NCBI GenBank assembly: GCA_041489255.1
Contig: JBGPQV010000001.1
Coordinates: forward strand, 256,001 to 320,000
Direction of reading: 5' to 3'
Length of the DNA stretch: 64,000 nucleotides
Source: Thermoplasmata archaeon
Lineage (GTDB): Archaea > Thermoplasmatota > Thermoplasmata > RBG-16-68-12 > JAFNFQ01
Part shown: positions 38,133 through 48,845 of the stretch, in pieces
Layout: each line of letters opens with the position of its first letter
Position numbering within the stretch: the stretch's first letter is position 1
Made by a program: the position numbers and the translations under genes
The notes under the pieces: model-generated
Database searches by the model: none
The model's input: only the letters and a program-made list of their open reading frames with translations
What the model was told of the DNA's origin: nothing

Positions 38133-40214
38133 TCAGCCCATCTCGGGCCGGAATCTTCTCAACAGAAGAGTGTTACCAACCACGGTCACGGAGCTGAACC
38201 CCATCGCAGCACCCGCCAGAATCGGGTTGAGGATGATGCCAGCGAATGCGAGGGCCCCCGCCGCCACGGGGATCAATGCGACGTTGTAGAAGAACGCCCA
38301 GAACAGGTTCTGCTTCACCTTGCCGATGGTCTTCCTGCTCAACTGAATCGATGCCACGACGTCCCTGAGGTCGTCCTTGATGAGAATGATGCCGCCAGCT
38401 TCCATCGCGATGTCGGTGCCGCTGCCCACAGCAATCCCCACGTCCGATTGGGCTATCGCGGGAGCGTCGTTGATGCCGTCGCCGACCATCGCGACGACCT
38501 CGCCCTTCTGCTGCAGGTCCTTGATCTTCTGAGCCTTCTCTCCGGGGAAGACCTCTGCAATCACGCTGTCGAGGCCGAGCTGCTTTCCAATCGCATCCGC
38601 GGTCCTCCTGTTGTCTCCGGTCAACATCACGACCTTCACGCCCATCTTCCTGAGCGCTTTCACCGCCGCAACCGAGTTGTCCTTGAGGGTGTCAGCGACC
38701 GCGATTATCCCCGCCAGCTTCCCGTCCACCGCCAGGATCATTCCGGTCTTTCCATCCTGCTCAAGCCTCTTGAGCGACTCCTCGGCGGCATCCACTCCCA
38801 AGCCGCCATTCGACATCAAAGCGCGATTCCCCAGGAGGATGTCATGCCCTTCCACCTTCGCCTTGATCCCCTGGCCCGGCACAGCTTCGAATCCGGTTAG
38901 TTCAGGGATCCCGATGCCGCCTTCCTCCGCCTTCACTACGATCGCCCTGCCAATCGGATGCTCGGACCCCTTCTCCGCGCCCGCGGCGAGCCTCAGCACT
39001 TCCTTTGGATCCATCTGCCCGATCGGCACGATGTCTGTCACTGATGGCTTGCCTTTGGTCAGCGTGCCTGTCTTGTCGAAGACAACGGTGGTGAGCTTCA
39101 TCGATCTCTCGAGGTACTCTCCGCCCTTGATCAGCAACCCGTTCTCCGCTCCCTTCCCCGTTCCCACGACTATCGCTATCGGGGTCGCGAGGCCCAGCGC
39201 GCAGGGGCAGGCGATTATCAGCACCGCCACCATGATCGACAGGGAGAACGGGAACGTCTCCCTGAGCACGAGATACCATACGGCGAACGATAGCAGCGAG
39301 ACCGCCACGACCGTCGGAACGAAATATGAGGCGACCCTGTCCGCAAGCCTTTGAATCGGCGTGCGGGACATCTGGGCGTCCTCTACCAGCTTGATGATCT
39401 GAGATAGTGTTGAGTCGAATCCGACCTTCGTCGCTTTGACCTTCAGCATCCCCACCTTGTTCCCCGTCGCGCCGAACACCTCAGCGCCGGGGGCCTTCTC
39501 CACCGGCATGCTCTCGCCCGTGACCATGGACTCGTCGACGGACGATTGGCCCTCCAGCACGATCCCATCGACGGGGATTTTCTCACCCGGCCTGATGACC
39601 ACGACCTCGTCGACCTCGACCTGCTCCACTGGCACCTCGACCTCGCGGCCTTCCCTGATCACCTTGGCGGTCTTGGGCTGCAGGTCCATGAGCTTCCTGA
39701 GCGCGTCCGATGCCTTGCCCCTCGCGATCTCCTCGAACAGCTTGCCTAGGAGTATCAACGCGACTATCAGCGCGGAAGCGTCGAAGTAGACCGCCCTCTG
39801 TGCCTCTGGTATGAGGTTGCCGGCGAAGGTCACCATGGTGCTGTAGACCCAAGCCGCCGTCGTGCCCATGGCGATGAGGACATCCATATTGGCGCTGCGG
39901 TTCCTCAGCGCGTCCCATGTGCCCCTGTAGAACCGCCATCCGATGACGAACTGCACCGGCGTCGCGAGGGCGAAGAGCAGGTAGTTGTTCAGGTCCATCG
40001 GGAGAAACGTGACCCAGGAGAATATCTCGGTGGGGATCGCGAGGGCGAAGCTGACCGCGACCATGACCTTCAGCTTCCTCAGCTCCTTCTCAGGCGCGAG
40101 GAACGCCTCCATGCATGACTCGGCGCAGAAGTAGTACGTCCTGCCCCGCACCACCGCCTTCAGGTGTGATGTGGACTCGTCGACGTACATTCCGCAGACA
40201 GGATCCTTCGCCAC
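38133..40214 (-). CDS. copA: Cu(I)-translocating P1B-type ATPase with N-terminal YHS domain
   Basis: DPVCGM...YFC...[30 protein letters not shown]. Confidence 0.95.
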   Translation of the reverse strand: MAKDPVCGMYVDESTSHLKAVVRGRTYYFCAESCMEAFLAPEKELRKLKVMVAVSFALAIPTEIFSWVTFLPMDLNNYLLFALATPVQFVIGWRFYRGTWDALRNRSANMDVLIAMGTTAAWVYSTMVTFAGNLIPEAQRAVYFDASALIVALILLGKLFEEIARGKASDALRKLMDLQPKTAKVIREGREVEVPVEQVEVDEVVVIRPGEKIPVDGIVLEGQSSVDESMVTGESMPVEKAPGAEVFGATGNKVGMLKVKATKVGFDSTLSQIIKLVEDAQMSRTPIQRLADRVASYFVPTVVAVSLLSFAVWYLVLRETFPFSLSIMVAVLIIACPCALGLATPIAIVVGTGKGAENGLLIKGGEYLERSMKLTTVVFDKTGTLTKGKPSVTDIVPIGQMDPKEVLRLAAGAEKGSEHPIGRAIVVKAEEGGIGIPELTGFEAVPGQGIKAKVEGHDILLGNRALMSNGGLGVDAAEESLKRLEQDGKTGMILAVDGKLAGIIAVADTLKDNSVAAVKALRKMGVKVVMLTGDNRRTADAIGKQLGLDSVIAEVFPGEKAQKIKDLQQKGEVVAMVGDGINDAPAIAQSDVGIAVGSGTDIAMEAGGIILIKDDLRDVVASIQLSRKTIGKVKQNLFWAFFYNVALIPVAAGALAFAGIILNPILAGAAMGFSSVTVVGNTLLLRRFRPEMG

Positions 40215-40287
40215 TTGGCCACCTAGCACGTTTGTCAGAACCGGCTCGGTAAATGTGCTTTTGCCTTTCATCTGATGAAAGCGCTTC

Positions 40288-41385
40288 TCATTGACCTGCC
40301 GTCGACCTGATCACCGCGACCGCGGTCTCCAAGCCGTTCCGCGGGACGAGCGGGTGGACGGGGAGCTCAAGCAGTCTCGGCAGAACTTCCTCTGCGACCT
40401 TGCACTTGCGGGCCCTGACCATTCCCTTCAGGGCTTTCTGGCGGTAGAGTGGGACCGGATAGCTCGGTTTCGACGCTATCCCTTCGGCCCCGAGTTTCCC
40501 GATGAGATCCTCTCTGCTGCAGGGGAAATCCTGCTCCAACCTGAGGATGTACTGGTAGTATGTGTGGAGACGGTCAGGACCCTCCATCGGCGGCGTGACC
40601 GACCCGATGCCGGTCAGCCCGTTCGTCAGAATCGCCGCGTTCTGCCTCCTGCGGGTAATGAAATTGTCCAGCCTCTTCAACTGGACAAGCCCCAATGCCG
40701 CCGCGACCTCGGTCATCCTGTAGTTGTAGCCGAGTATGACGTGCTCGTACTTGGATTCCTGGCCGTGGTCTCTGAGGAGGCGGCACTTCCGGGCAATCTC
40801 ATCGTCGTTCGTGACGACCATGCCCCCCTCGGCGGTGGTCATCGTCTTCGTCGCGTAGAAGCTGAAACATGCGGCGTCACCCATGGACCCCGCCTTCCTC
40901 CCTTTGTACACCGCGCCATGAGCCTGCGCCGCGTCCTCCAGAACCACCACTCCTTTCTCCCGCGCGAGCTCGAGCAGCGGATCCATGTCCGCCGCCTGTC
41001 CGTATAGGTGGACAGGGATCATCACCTTCGTCTTTGGACTCAGGGCTTTCTTCGCGTCTCTTGGGTCCATCGTGTACAGGTCTTTCTCCACATCAGCGAA
41101 AGTCGGACGACCGCCGCACATCAGGACCGTCGAGGCGGTTGCGAAGAAAGTGAGCGGCGGTACCACGACCTCCTTCCCCGGCTTGACGCCTATCGCGATG
41201 AGGGCGACGTGCAGCGCGGCCGTCCCCGAGTTCACCGCCACGGCGTTCTTCACTCCGATGTACTCGGCGAAGGCCTTCTCGAATGCCGCGACCTTCGGTC
41301 CCTGGACCACCATGCCGCTCTCCAAGACTTCCTTGATCGCGTTCAGTTCCTCCGCACCGAACGACGGTCTGCCGGTAGGAATCAT
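40288..41385 (-). CDS. DegT/DnrJ aminotransferase (WbpE-like)
   Basis: [36 protein letters not shown]. Confidence 0.92.
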   Translation of the reverse strand: MIPTGRPSFGAEELNAIKEVLESGMVVQGPKVAAFEKAFAEYIGVKNAVAVNSGTAALHVALIAIGVKPGKEVVVPPLTFFATASTVLMCGGRPTFADVEKDLYTMDPRDAKKALSPKTKVMIPVHLYGQAADMDPLLELAREKGVVVLEDAAQAHGAVYKGRKAGSMGDAACFSFYATKTMTTAEGGMVVTNDDEIARKCRLLRDHGQESKYEHVILGYNYRMTEVAAALGLVQLKRLDNFITRRRQNAAILTNGLTGIGSVTPPMEGPDRLHTYYQYILRLEQDFPCSREDLIGKLGAEGIASKPSYPVPLYRQKALKGMVRARKCKVAEEVLPRLLELPVHPLVPRNGLETAVAVIRSTAGQ

Positions 41386-41725
41386 ATCCGCTGCAAACCC
41401 CTCTGGCGATTTCAAGCTTGCCTTTCTGGGTCATCGCAACTTGCTGAGCCTCAGAAGTGTCACTATGTTCGGCACATGGTAAATCCTGCAGATTAACAGA
41501 AGCCTGGCTCGACGTACGAAGAGATCGAGGACCTACTTCGGAGTGAGGGGTTCGATGTCGAGAGTCGGGTGGTCGAGTTTGCGCCCGAGCTTCTACACCG
41601 TCGACGCTCATCCCTGTCCAAGTTCACATTGAGAGTGATAACGGCGAAGGGCAAGGCATTGCGGGCAATGCCTGTTCTCGGGCCAAGAGGCAGTCATGTG
41701 AGAGTGATAGCGCGGCTCGAGGGGA

Positions 41726-42283
41726 CTACTTCCTCCGACTCCGGGCGGAAGCCCTGACGGGCAGCTTCTTCCTGCAATGAGAGCACCAGAACGACTTATC
41801 GAGAACGCGACCGCAGGTGCAGACATAGCCTGCGAATCTGGCGGGATTGCCGACAACGAGCATGTGGTCTGGCACATCATCCGTCACGACGGCCCCCGCA
41901 CCGACCATGGCGTTCTTGCCTATTGTCACGCCGCACAGTATCGTGGCGTTCGCCCCGATCGAGGCACCGTCCTTGACCTTGGTTGCTACAATCTTCCAAT
42001 CCGACGATACCGCCCGAGGGTATGGATCGTTGGTGAAGCAGACATGCGGGCCGATGAACACGTCATTGCCGACCGTCAGCCCGTTGTAAAGCGTTGCGAA
42101 GTTCTGTATCTTGCAGTTGTCCCCAACGACAACACGCACATCGATGTAGACAGATTTGCCCAAGTGACAGTTCCTACCGACCTTCGCCTTCTCACGAATC
42201 TGCACCTCGTTCCAGACCTTCGTGCCATCTCCGATCTTCGCGTCATTCGACACCTCTGCGGAACGGTGGATGAAAACCGACAT
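41726..42283 (-). CDS. Hexapeptide-repeat N-acetyltransferase (WbpD-like)
   Basis: IGDGTKVW, KIQN, FTND.YPR, GASIGANATI, GNPAR; C-terminal CxC..CxxC. Confidence 0.9.
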   Translation of the reverse strand: MSVFIHRSAEVSNDAKIGDGTKVWNEVQIREKAKVGRNCHLGKSVYIDVRVVVGDNCKIQNFATLYNGLTVGNDVFIGPHVCFTNDPYPRAVSSDWKIVATKVKDGASIGANATILCGVTIGKNAMVGAGAVVTDDVPDHMLVVGNPARFAGYVCTCGRVLDKSFWCSHCRKKLPVRASARSRRK

Positions 42284-42435
42284 TGTGCCGGTGAAATGGC
42301 TCGCGAGTAATCAAACTTCCTTTCCCGTGACGACCTCGATTCAGCTTAAATATCTCGATTCGCTTCAAGGAGATTCGTGAATCCTGCGGGCCATGCATTT
42401 GGCGGCTGTCGCCGGTTCCGGAAGGAGCATATTCC

Positions 42436-43608
42436 TTGAGAATCCTGATGCTGTGCCCGTATTTCTTCCCTGAGAAGAACGCCGCGGCGGTGAGGGCGAT
42501 GGCCTTCGCGAAATACTTCGTGAGGGAGGGAGCGGAGGTCCATGTCATAATCCCTGAATCCGAAAGGATGCCTCGGGGCGCGGCATACCCCGGCGTCTCT
42601 GTCAGCCGCGTGCTCAGTTACGACAGCCTCAGGGAGAGACGAGGCTTCCTGCAATCCTTGCCCGGCTTCCCGGGCGCCGTCAAGAGAATGGAGGCGATGA
42701 CCGAGGCGATAAAGCCCGATGTCGTCTTGACGACGACACCATCTCCGTTCCTTGCGTTCGAGGGGCATCTGGCCTGCAGGCGCCTGAGAATCCCGATCGT
42801 CTTCGATGTGAGGGACACATGGCTCTTGCTTTCGATCAATCACCCGGGGCTTCTGAACAACTTCCTCAAGAGGAGGATAGAAGGGCAGTGCTGCTGGGGC
42901 GCGAGGAAAGTGCTCGTCGTCACCTCGATGCTCGGCGACCAGCTTGTCCAAGATCATTCCCTACCGCGCAGCAAGATAGTAGTGGCGCCCAACGGCGCCG
43001 ACCTCGAGATCTTCAACGTGCGGGGTGCAGCTGACGTCGACATTGTTTTCCTCGGCTCCCCTTCCACATACCGCAACCTGGAGCAAGTCTTCAAAGCTCT
43101 GTCACTGTTAATCGAGAAGAGGTCATCGACAACGATTCGCTACATCGGCTGGGGAGATACGGAATACACGAGGCATCTGATGTCAGTCGTAAACGGCCTC
43201 GGCATTGCGCGAAATATCGAATTCCTCCCGCCAATTCCCCATGCGGAAGTCCCGGCAGCCCTCGCCCGGGCGAGGGTTGGTCTCATCTCCTTCTCCAGTG
43301 AGCCGGAGATGGGGGTCGCAATCGGAGCCAAGACCTATGAGTACATGGCCGCAGGACTGCCGTTAGCATGTTTCGGGCCTCCCTCTGACTGCGAGCTCAG
43401 GCGGCTCTGGCAATCGACACAGGCGGGGATTTACGAGTCCGAACCAGGGAAATTGGCCGAAAGCCTTGAAAAAGTCCTTGATGACGAGGACATGCAGCGA
43501 TCGATGGCTGAGAAGGCAAGGAAAGCGGCCACCACCTTCGACAGAAAAGCGATTGCACAGATGGTCTACAGGGATGTCCTGCTCCCAATCGTCCAAGGCG
43601 AGCGCTAG
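42436..43608 (+). CDS. Glycosyltransferase family 4 (WbuB-like)
   Basis: YFFPE, DVRDTW, PNGAD, KTYEYMAAG. Confidence 0.88.
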   Translation: MRILMLCPYFFPEKNAAAVRAMAFAKYFVREGAEVHVIIPESERMPRGAAYPGVSVSRVLSYDSLRERRGFLQSLPGFPGAVKRMEAMTEAIKPDVVLTTTPSPFLAFEGHLACRRLRIPIVFDVRDTWLLLSINHPGLLNNFLKRRIEGQCCWGARKVLVVTSMLGDQLVQDHSLPRSKIVVAPNGADLEIFNVRGAADVDIVFLGSPSTYRNLEQVFKALSLLIEKRSSTTIRYIGWGDTEYTRHLMSVVNGLGIARNIEFLPPIPHAEVPAALARARVGLISFSSEPEMGVAIGAKTYEYMAAGLPLACFGPPSDCELRRLWQSTQAGIYESEPGKLAESLEKVLDDEDMQRSMAEKARKAATTFDRKAIAQMVYRDVLLPIVQGER

Positions 43609-43670
43609 GACGGCGTAGCGCCAGCGTTCTCGGCGATGATTTAATAGTCAGCCCTCAAATCCCCCGATAT

Positions 43671-44732
43671 GTGAAGGTCGCTTCAGTCGTCGGCACCAGA
43701 CCCCAGTTCGTCAAGGCCGCGGCACTCTCTCCCGAGATCAGGCGGCGTGCGAAGGAGATACTCATCCACACCGGCCAGCACTATGACGAAGAGATGAGCA
43801 AGGTGTTCTTCGAGTCGCTGCACTTGCCGGAGCCCGACTACGACCTCGGCGTGGGTTCGGGAAGCCACGGCCAGCAGACCGGTCTGATGCTTGCAGGTGT
43901 CGAGGAAGTCTTGGACAAAGAGAAGCCGGACTCTGTGCTGGTCTATGGCGACACGAACTCGACCTTGGCCGGCGCCCTCGCAGCTGCGAAACTCCACATC
44001 CCGGTCGGACACGTCGAAGCCGGTCTCAGGTCCAATAACCGCACAATGCCGGAGGAGATCAATAGGATAATCGTCGACCACATCTCCACATTGCTTTTTG
44101 CCCCGACCAAAATTGCGGTGGAGAACCTCAGGCGCGAAGGCATTGAGAAGGGTGTGCACCTCGTGGGGGATGTGATGTATGACCTTGCGATGCGCTCTGC
44201 GAATAGTTCCAAGACCAAGGAAATACTCAAGAAAATGGGTCTGAGATCCAAGGGCTACCTGCTCGCGACAGTGCACAGACCTGCGAACACCGACAATCGA
44301 AGCAACCTTGAGGCGATCATCGAGGCGCTTCAGGAGTGCGGCAGACCTGTCGTCTTTCCTGTGCATCCCCGAACGGCAAAGGCGATTAGGGCGAGCCATA
44401 TCTTCTTCCATCGTTCCGGAGGCAACGTTGCAAGGATCAAGCCCGTCGATTATCTGACGTTTATCTGCTTGCTGACCAATGCCGAGAAGGTGATTACCGA
44501 TAGCGGCGGCGTGCAGAAGGAAGCGTATTTCTTCGGGATCCCCTGCATCACTTTGAGGGAGGAGACCGAGTGGCCTGAAACCGTTGAAACGGGCTGGAAC
44601 CTACTGGTGGGAGCGCGGAAGAAAGAGATACTCAGAGCAGTCAGGAAATTCGAACCGAAAGGGAAGCCCGCGATGGCCTTTGGTGACGGACACGCGGCCG
44701 AGAGGATAGCCCGATTGGTCGCCGGGGGATAA
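43671..44732 (+). CDS. wecB: UDP-N-acetylglucosamine 2-epimerase family (WecB/WbpI)
   Basis: GTRPQFVK, HTGQHYD, GDTNST, HVEAGLRS, PEEINR, TDSGGVQKEA. Confidence 0.93.
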   Translation: MKVASVVGTRPQFVKAAALSPEIRRRAKEILIHTGQHYDEEMSKVFFESLHLPEPDYDLGVGSGSHGQQTGLMLAGVEEVLDKEKPDSVLVYGDTNSTLAGALAAAKLHIPVGHVEAGLRSNNRTMPEEINRIIVDHISTLLFAPTKIAVENLRREGIEKGVHLVGDVMYDLAMRSANSSKTKEILKKMGLRSKGYLLATVHRPANTDNRSNLEAIIEALQECGRPVVFPVHPRTAKAIRASHIFFHRSGGNVARIKPVDYLTFICLLTNAEKVITDSGGVQKEAYFFGIPCITLREETEWPETVETGWNLLVGARKKEILRAVRKFEPKGKPAMAFGDGHAAERIARLVAGG

Positions 44733-44752
44733 GGCGCAAGATTCGCGTCCCA

Positions 44753-45907
44753 TCACGCCGTCGCGACTCTCTGATAGATTTCTTCATAGGCGCTGGTCAT
44801 CGTTTCAACCGAATATTTCGCGACCGCCAGCTCCCGCGACTTCTTCCCTGCCTCGCTTGCCTTTTCAGGATGCCTTAGATAATTCAGAATCGCCTCAGCC
44901 AATTGGCCAGAATCGCCCGGTTCAACAAGCCGTCCGCTGATCCCCTCGACGACCCGCGATTTCAAGCCGCCAATCCTGGATGCTATGACCGGGAGGCCGG
45001 AGGCCATTGCCTCCACCACGACCAACGATGAGGCCTCTTCCCACAATACCGGACAGATGAACATGTCGCTCGCTTGGTAGGCCCGCCTGAGCTGATATTG
45101 ACTTAATGCTCCGACCAGATGATAGCGTATCCCCTGGCCAATCTGGCGCTTCAGGTCTTCCACGAACTCCCTCTGACTCCTTGATTGGTCGAGTGGTCCG
45201 ATGACGATGAACGCGGCGTTGGGGAATTCGGCATTCACCTTGCCCACCGCCTCTAGCAACACTCCGGCTCCCTTTTCCTTGATCACCCTTCCCACGAAGA
45301 GTATCACGGGGCCTGACAGCGTCTCGACTGCGGAGGACTCCGCCAGTTCCTGCATTGCTTTCTTCTTTTCTTCAAGGGAGACCGGATGGAAAATCTCGCA
45401 ATCGACTCCACCTGGTATGACCGCGGTATCGGGACTTATGCCGCACGTCTCGATATATCGCGCCCTATGTTCTTCCGAAACACAAACCAACGCGTTCGCG
45501 AAGGGTATGAAGCTGCTGAGTCTGATCGTGCGTTTCTCTATTGGTGAATGGAATGTGTGCGCGACTCGAGCGCCGAAAAGTCTCGTCAAAACCCCAGCTT
45601 CCAGACAGAAGCTAGCGCTCTGGGAATGGACTATCACGCGTCTCCCTGCAAGCCTGAGCCTCAGGATTTTTCCCAAGACCGCGAGGATGAAAACGGCCAC
45701 GGCGAGTTCATGGACAGCCCTGTGGATCCATCTATTCGAAATCGCATCCTCCCTCTTTGACAACCAAGCGGGGAATGAAATCACGCGAACATCGTAGCCT
45801 CGCCCCGCCAGGACTTGGGACAGGCTCCGCACATAGGTGGAGATGCCGCCGACAGTAGGTATGTAGTAGTTCGTCACGATGACGATAGTTGGTTTTTCTT
45901 CACTCAT
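44753..45907 (-). CDS. Glycosyltransferase family 4
   Basis: GGIS, FVGR..KEKG, EASSLVVVEAMASG. Confidence 0.9.
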   Translation of the reverse strand: MSEEKPTIVIVTNYYIPTVGGISTYVRSLSQVLAGRGYDVRVISFPAWLSKREDAISNRWIHRAVHELAVAVFILAVLGKILRLRLAGRRVIVHSQSASFCLEAGVLTRLFGARVAHTFHSPIEKRTIRLSSFIPFANALVCVSEEHRARYIETCGISPDTAVIPGGVDCEIFHPVSLEEKKKAMQELAESSAVETLSGPVILFVGRVIKEKGAGVLLEAVGKVNAEFPNAAFIVIGPLDQSRSQREFVEDLKRQIGQGIRYHLVGALSQYQLRRAYQASDMFICPVLWEEASSLVVVEAMASGLPVIASRIGGLKSRVVEGISGRLVEPGDSGQLAEAILNYLRHPEKASEAGKKSRELAVAKYSVETMTSAYEEIYQRVATA

Positions 45908-46021
45908 GCTGCCGTACCACCATTCTGCTCTAGCCGCACCTTGATTGATGTCCATCCCTCGATCGGATTCTGAGTGTCGTGAGCAGGGAGAGAACCCTCA
46001 TCACAGACAATCGGGCAATAC

Positions 46022-47746
46022 CTAACTGTCAGGCGGACCGCCTCTGGCCAGCCAAAGTGTCACACCGGAATTTGAAAAGACGACATACCTGGTGTTGGGC
46101 AATACATTTTCAGCTGCCACACACGTCTTGTGTGGGTCGCCCGCGGGCAGGCCATCACCGCCCAGCAAGCATGAAATCCTGATGTAGCCGTAAGAAGTAT
46201 AGTAAGGGAAGATGGAGTTATCCGAGGCCACGAAGTGGACATGATAATAGTTCATCAACGAGACTGACTCAGTCGGATTCCCATAGACGAAAATGAGTTC
46301 CCACTGAAATTCGGCGTTGGGAACGCGTAGCGGAACGTATATCTGGTCCGTATCGAACGATATGCTCGTTAAGTTGATCAATCGAACCTCCAAATCGGCG
46401 CCATTCACATAATCCCACATAAGCTGCTGCGAACTGACCCAGTGAGTAGAGGCTCCGCCGAGCGGCAGGTTTGGCAGTCCCGATATCGCTGCCAGCCTTC
46501 CACCGGTGAGACCGGCATTCGTCGCGACTGTGCCCCACTCCCTGTGGAGAATGTAGAGTCCCGCATCGTAAACGTCGTCAGGGATCGGTGTGTCTGTGAC
46601 GTAGAGGTCTCTCCAGCGATCCTTCGTCTCCCAAGAGAAAAACACCGACGCAACCAGCAGGCTAGCCAAGAAGACGGCGCCAAGCTGTCTGCGCTTCCTC
46701 AGCATCATGGTCAGGCTGATGGCACCGGTCACGACCAAAAGCGCGAAGATAGGTATGGTGAACTCGATGATGTAGTCGCGAAGCGAGAGCAACGGCAGGA
46801 AGATGAAAACGACCAGCAGAAAGAACTTGTCGACGGACTCTTTGGGTCTCTTCCATGCATAGGCGATGAGGCCGATGGGGGCCAGGGGGAGGAGAAGTCC
46901 AACCCGCCCTACGAAGCTCACGGCCATGTTGGTTAGGAGTACGGGGAAGCTTGTGCCGGATAGAAACAACCCTGACTCGTACTGCTCAACTACGTTAGCA
47001 CCCGATATACCGGGGAACTGGAATTGGATGTAGAAAATCGATAGGAAGGCAGCAATCGCCAAGAAGACGAGTGCGAATCTCATCGGCTTTTCGAGCTTGG
47101 TAAGAGAGAACCTGAGTCTCTGTGTGACGAGGTGCAAAGGCAGGGCGAGAATGTACGCGATGAAGATGAGTATGACGAGAAGACCCATCCTGTGCAACGA
47201 CCCGAGCAACAGGAAAACCGCCAGCGACAGGATGAGGTAGCGGATATCCCTGGTCTTCATGTGTTTGACCAGCAAGAGGAAGAAGAAGGGCAGCAGGGCG
47301 ACAACGAGGCCCCTGCTCGATGCGACCCACGTGGTGTCCTTAATGTAGAACGGCGCCAGCGTGAAAAGCAGAGCTATGGAGTGCGCGAAGATGTCGTCGT
47401 CTCTGATCAGCTTCGACATGATGTATGTGGAGATGACGCCGACAATGGCGAGAATCTGCCCGAGCAGGAAAACGGCTCCCTCGATGGAAACGTCCGTGAC
47501 GAGGAACACGTTCGATAGCAAGAATGGTGCGGCGCTGGGATATGAGAGGGCGTAGAGTCCGAAGTAGGAGCTAGGGTGCAGTATCCACTTCGCATAGCCG
47601 TCCTGGACTATCGAGTTCGCCATCGTGTGCACATATGTCGTGTCCGAGCCCATCTCGTGGTTGACCCCGATGGGGAACCGAAAGACTATCGTGATGAACA
47701 CGAGAGCCAACAGGATGCAGTAGTTAGCTTTCCGAGGAAGCCTCAT
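46022..47746 (-). CDS. Multi-pass membrane protein (possible GT-C or polymerase-like)
   Basis: Roughly 11-13 TM segments, a GSD loop motif after TM1, extracellular C-terminal domain; lies in the glycan cluster. Confidence 0.6.
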   Translation of the reverse strand: MRLPRKANYCILLALVFITIVFRFPIGVNHEMGSDTTYVHTMANSIVQDGYAKWILHPSSYFGLYALSYPSAAPFLLSNVFLVTDVSIEGAVFLLGQILAIVGVISTYIMSKLIRDDDIFAHSIALLFTLAPFYIKDTTWVASSRGLVVALLPFFFLLLVKHMKTRDIRYLILSLAVFLLLGSLHRMGLLVILIFIAYILALPLHLVTQRLRFSLTKLEKPMRFALVFLAIAAFLSIFYIQFQFPGISGANVVEQYESGLFLSGTSFPVLLTNMAVSFVGRVGLLLPLAPIGLIAYAWKRPKESVDKFFLLVVFIFLPLLSLRDYIIEFTIPIFALLVVTGAISLTMMLRKRRQLGAVFLASLLVASVFFSWETKDRWRDLYVTDTPIPDDVYDAGLYILHREWGTVATNAGLTGGRLAAISGLPNLPLGGASTHWVSSQQLMWDYVNGADLEVRLINLTSISFDTDQIYVPLRVPNAEFQWELIFVYGNPTESVSLMNYYHVHFVASDNSIFPYYTSYGYIRISCLLGGDGLPAGDPHKTCVAAENVLPNTRYVVFSNSGVTLWLARGGPPDS

Positions 47747-48845
47747 CGTAGACCGCCATTACTTCTTTCGCCACGGACTCCCATGAGAATCGTTTTACCG
47801 ATTCTGCGCAGTTTCTCGACAGTGAGGAGGAGGTAGCTAAAGCTTTCTCCATGATTTCAGAGAGCGCACTTATGTCGTTGACGACGTACCCATTCACTCC
47901 ATCCTTGATTATCTCCGGGATGATTCCTACCGGTGTCGAAACGACTAGGGTGCCGCATGCCAGCGATTCCATCGCTATTGTGGGGAGGCCCTCTTCTTCT
48001 GACGCGATGACCGTGGCTTCCGCCGCGCTGAGCAGAAGGCTGAGCTCTTGCTTCGCCGCTGTGGGTCTCCATTCCACCCTTCCTAGAGAAAGGCTGGTGG
48101 CGAGGTCTCTCAGGTTGCCCTCGTCCGTCCCCTCGCCAACAATCATCAGAAGAGCTCGCTCGTTTCTTGCCTCAACCTCCTTGAATGCCCTCAGAATCAA
48201 GTCGATCTTCTTCTCCTTGTCAAGACGTCCCGCGTAGAGGATGACTTGGACATCTCCACGGATGTCGAGCATTGCTTTCGCTTCGGCCTTGTGCCTAGGC
48301 TTGAGAACATCAAGGTCGAGGCCTGCATACGCGAGGCGCATCTTCCTTGACAAGGAAGGATACTTCTCCTGGAAATGGGCAAGATTCGCCTTTGAAACGC
48401 AGATTATTCTGTGAGCCCGCTTGAGGGAGAAAGACTCGATCTGGTCGTATATCTGACCAACCACATCGCCCTTGTTTATCCGCACCATGTCCGAGTGCGC
48501 TCCATGGAGGGTCACAACCTTTGGATTCCTCAGATGCGAAATGCAGAAGGGCGCGAGATTGTCCGGTCTCTGGGCGTGGATTACCGTGTCCTCGGAGAGT
48601 TGTATTGATGGAACGGCCTTCACAATACTGAGAACGAAATCAAGACTCGTTGTCGGGTGATCCTGGACCGCCAAGAAGTCCACGCCAAAGGACTGCAGAT
48701 TCCCAGGACTCCCGATGCCTACAAGCTTCACCTGGACTCCGTTCTTGGCAAGGGCTTTTGCAAGTCCAATGGTGTACGCGAAGACGCCGCTGGCCGCCTC
48801 CCTCGATGGGTCTATGCCTGAGATTAAGGCTACATTCGTGGTCAT
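47724..48845 (-). CDS. Glycosyltransferase family 4
   Basis: YAGRL..EK, EGLPTIAMESLACG. Confidence 0.9.
   Translation of the reverse strand: MTTNVALISGIDPSREAASGVFAYTIGLAKALAKNGVQVKLVGIGSPGNLQSFGVDFLAVQDHPTTSLDFVLSIVKAVPSIQLSEDTVIHAQRPDNLAPFCISHLRNPKVVTLHGAHSDMVRINKGDVVGQIYDQIESFSLKRAHRIICVSKANLAHFQEKYPSLSRKMRLAYAGLDLDVLKPRHKAEAKAMLDIRGDVQVILYAGRLDKEKKIDLILRAFKEVEARNERALLMIVGEGTDEGNLRDLATSLSLGRVEWRPTAAKQELSLLLSAAEATVIASEEEGLPTIAMESLACGTLVVSTPVGIIPEIIKDGVNGYVVNDISALSEIMEKALATSSSLSRNCAESVKRFSWESVAKEVMAVYDEASSES

Noticed and set aside
46022-47746. Oligosaccharyltransferase AglB
   Set aside because: No WWDxG motif.
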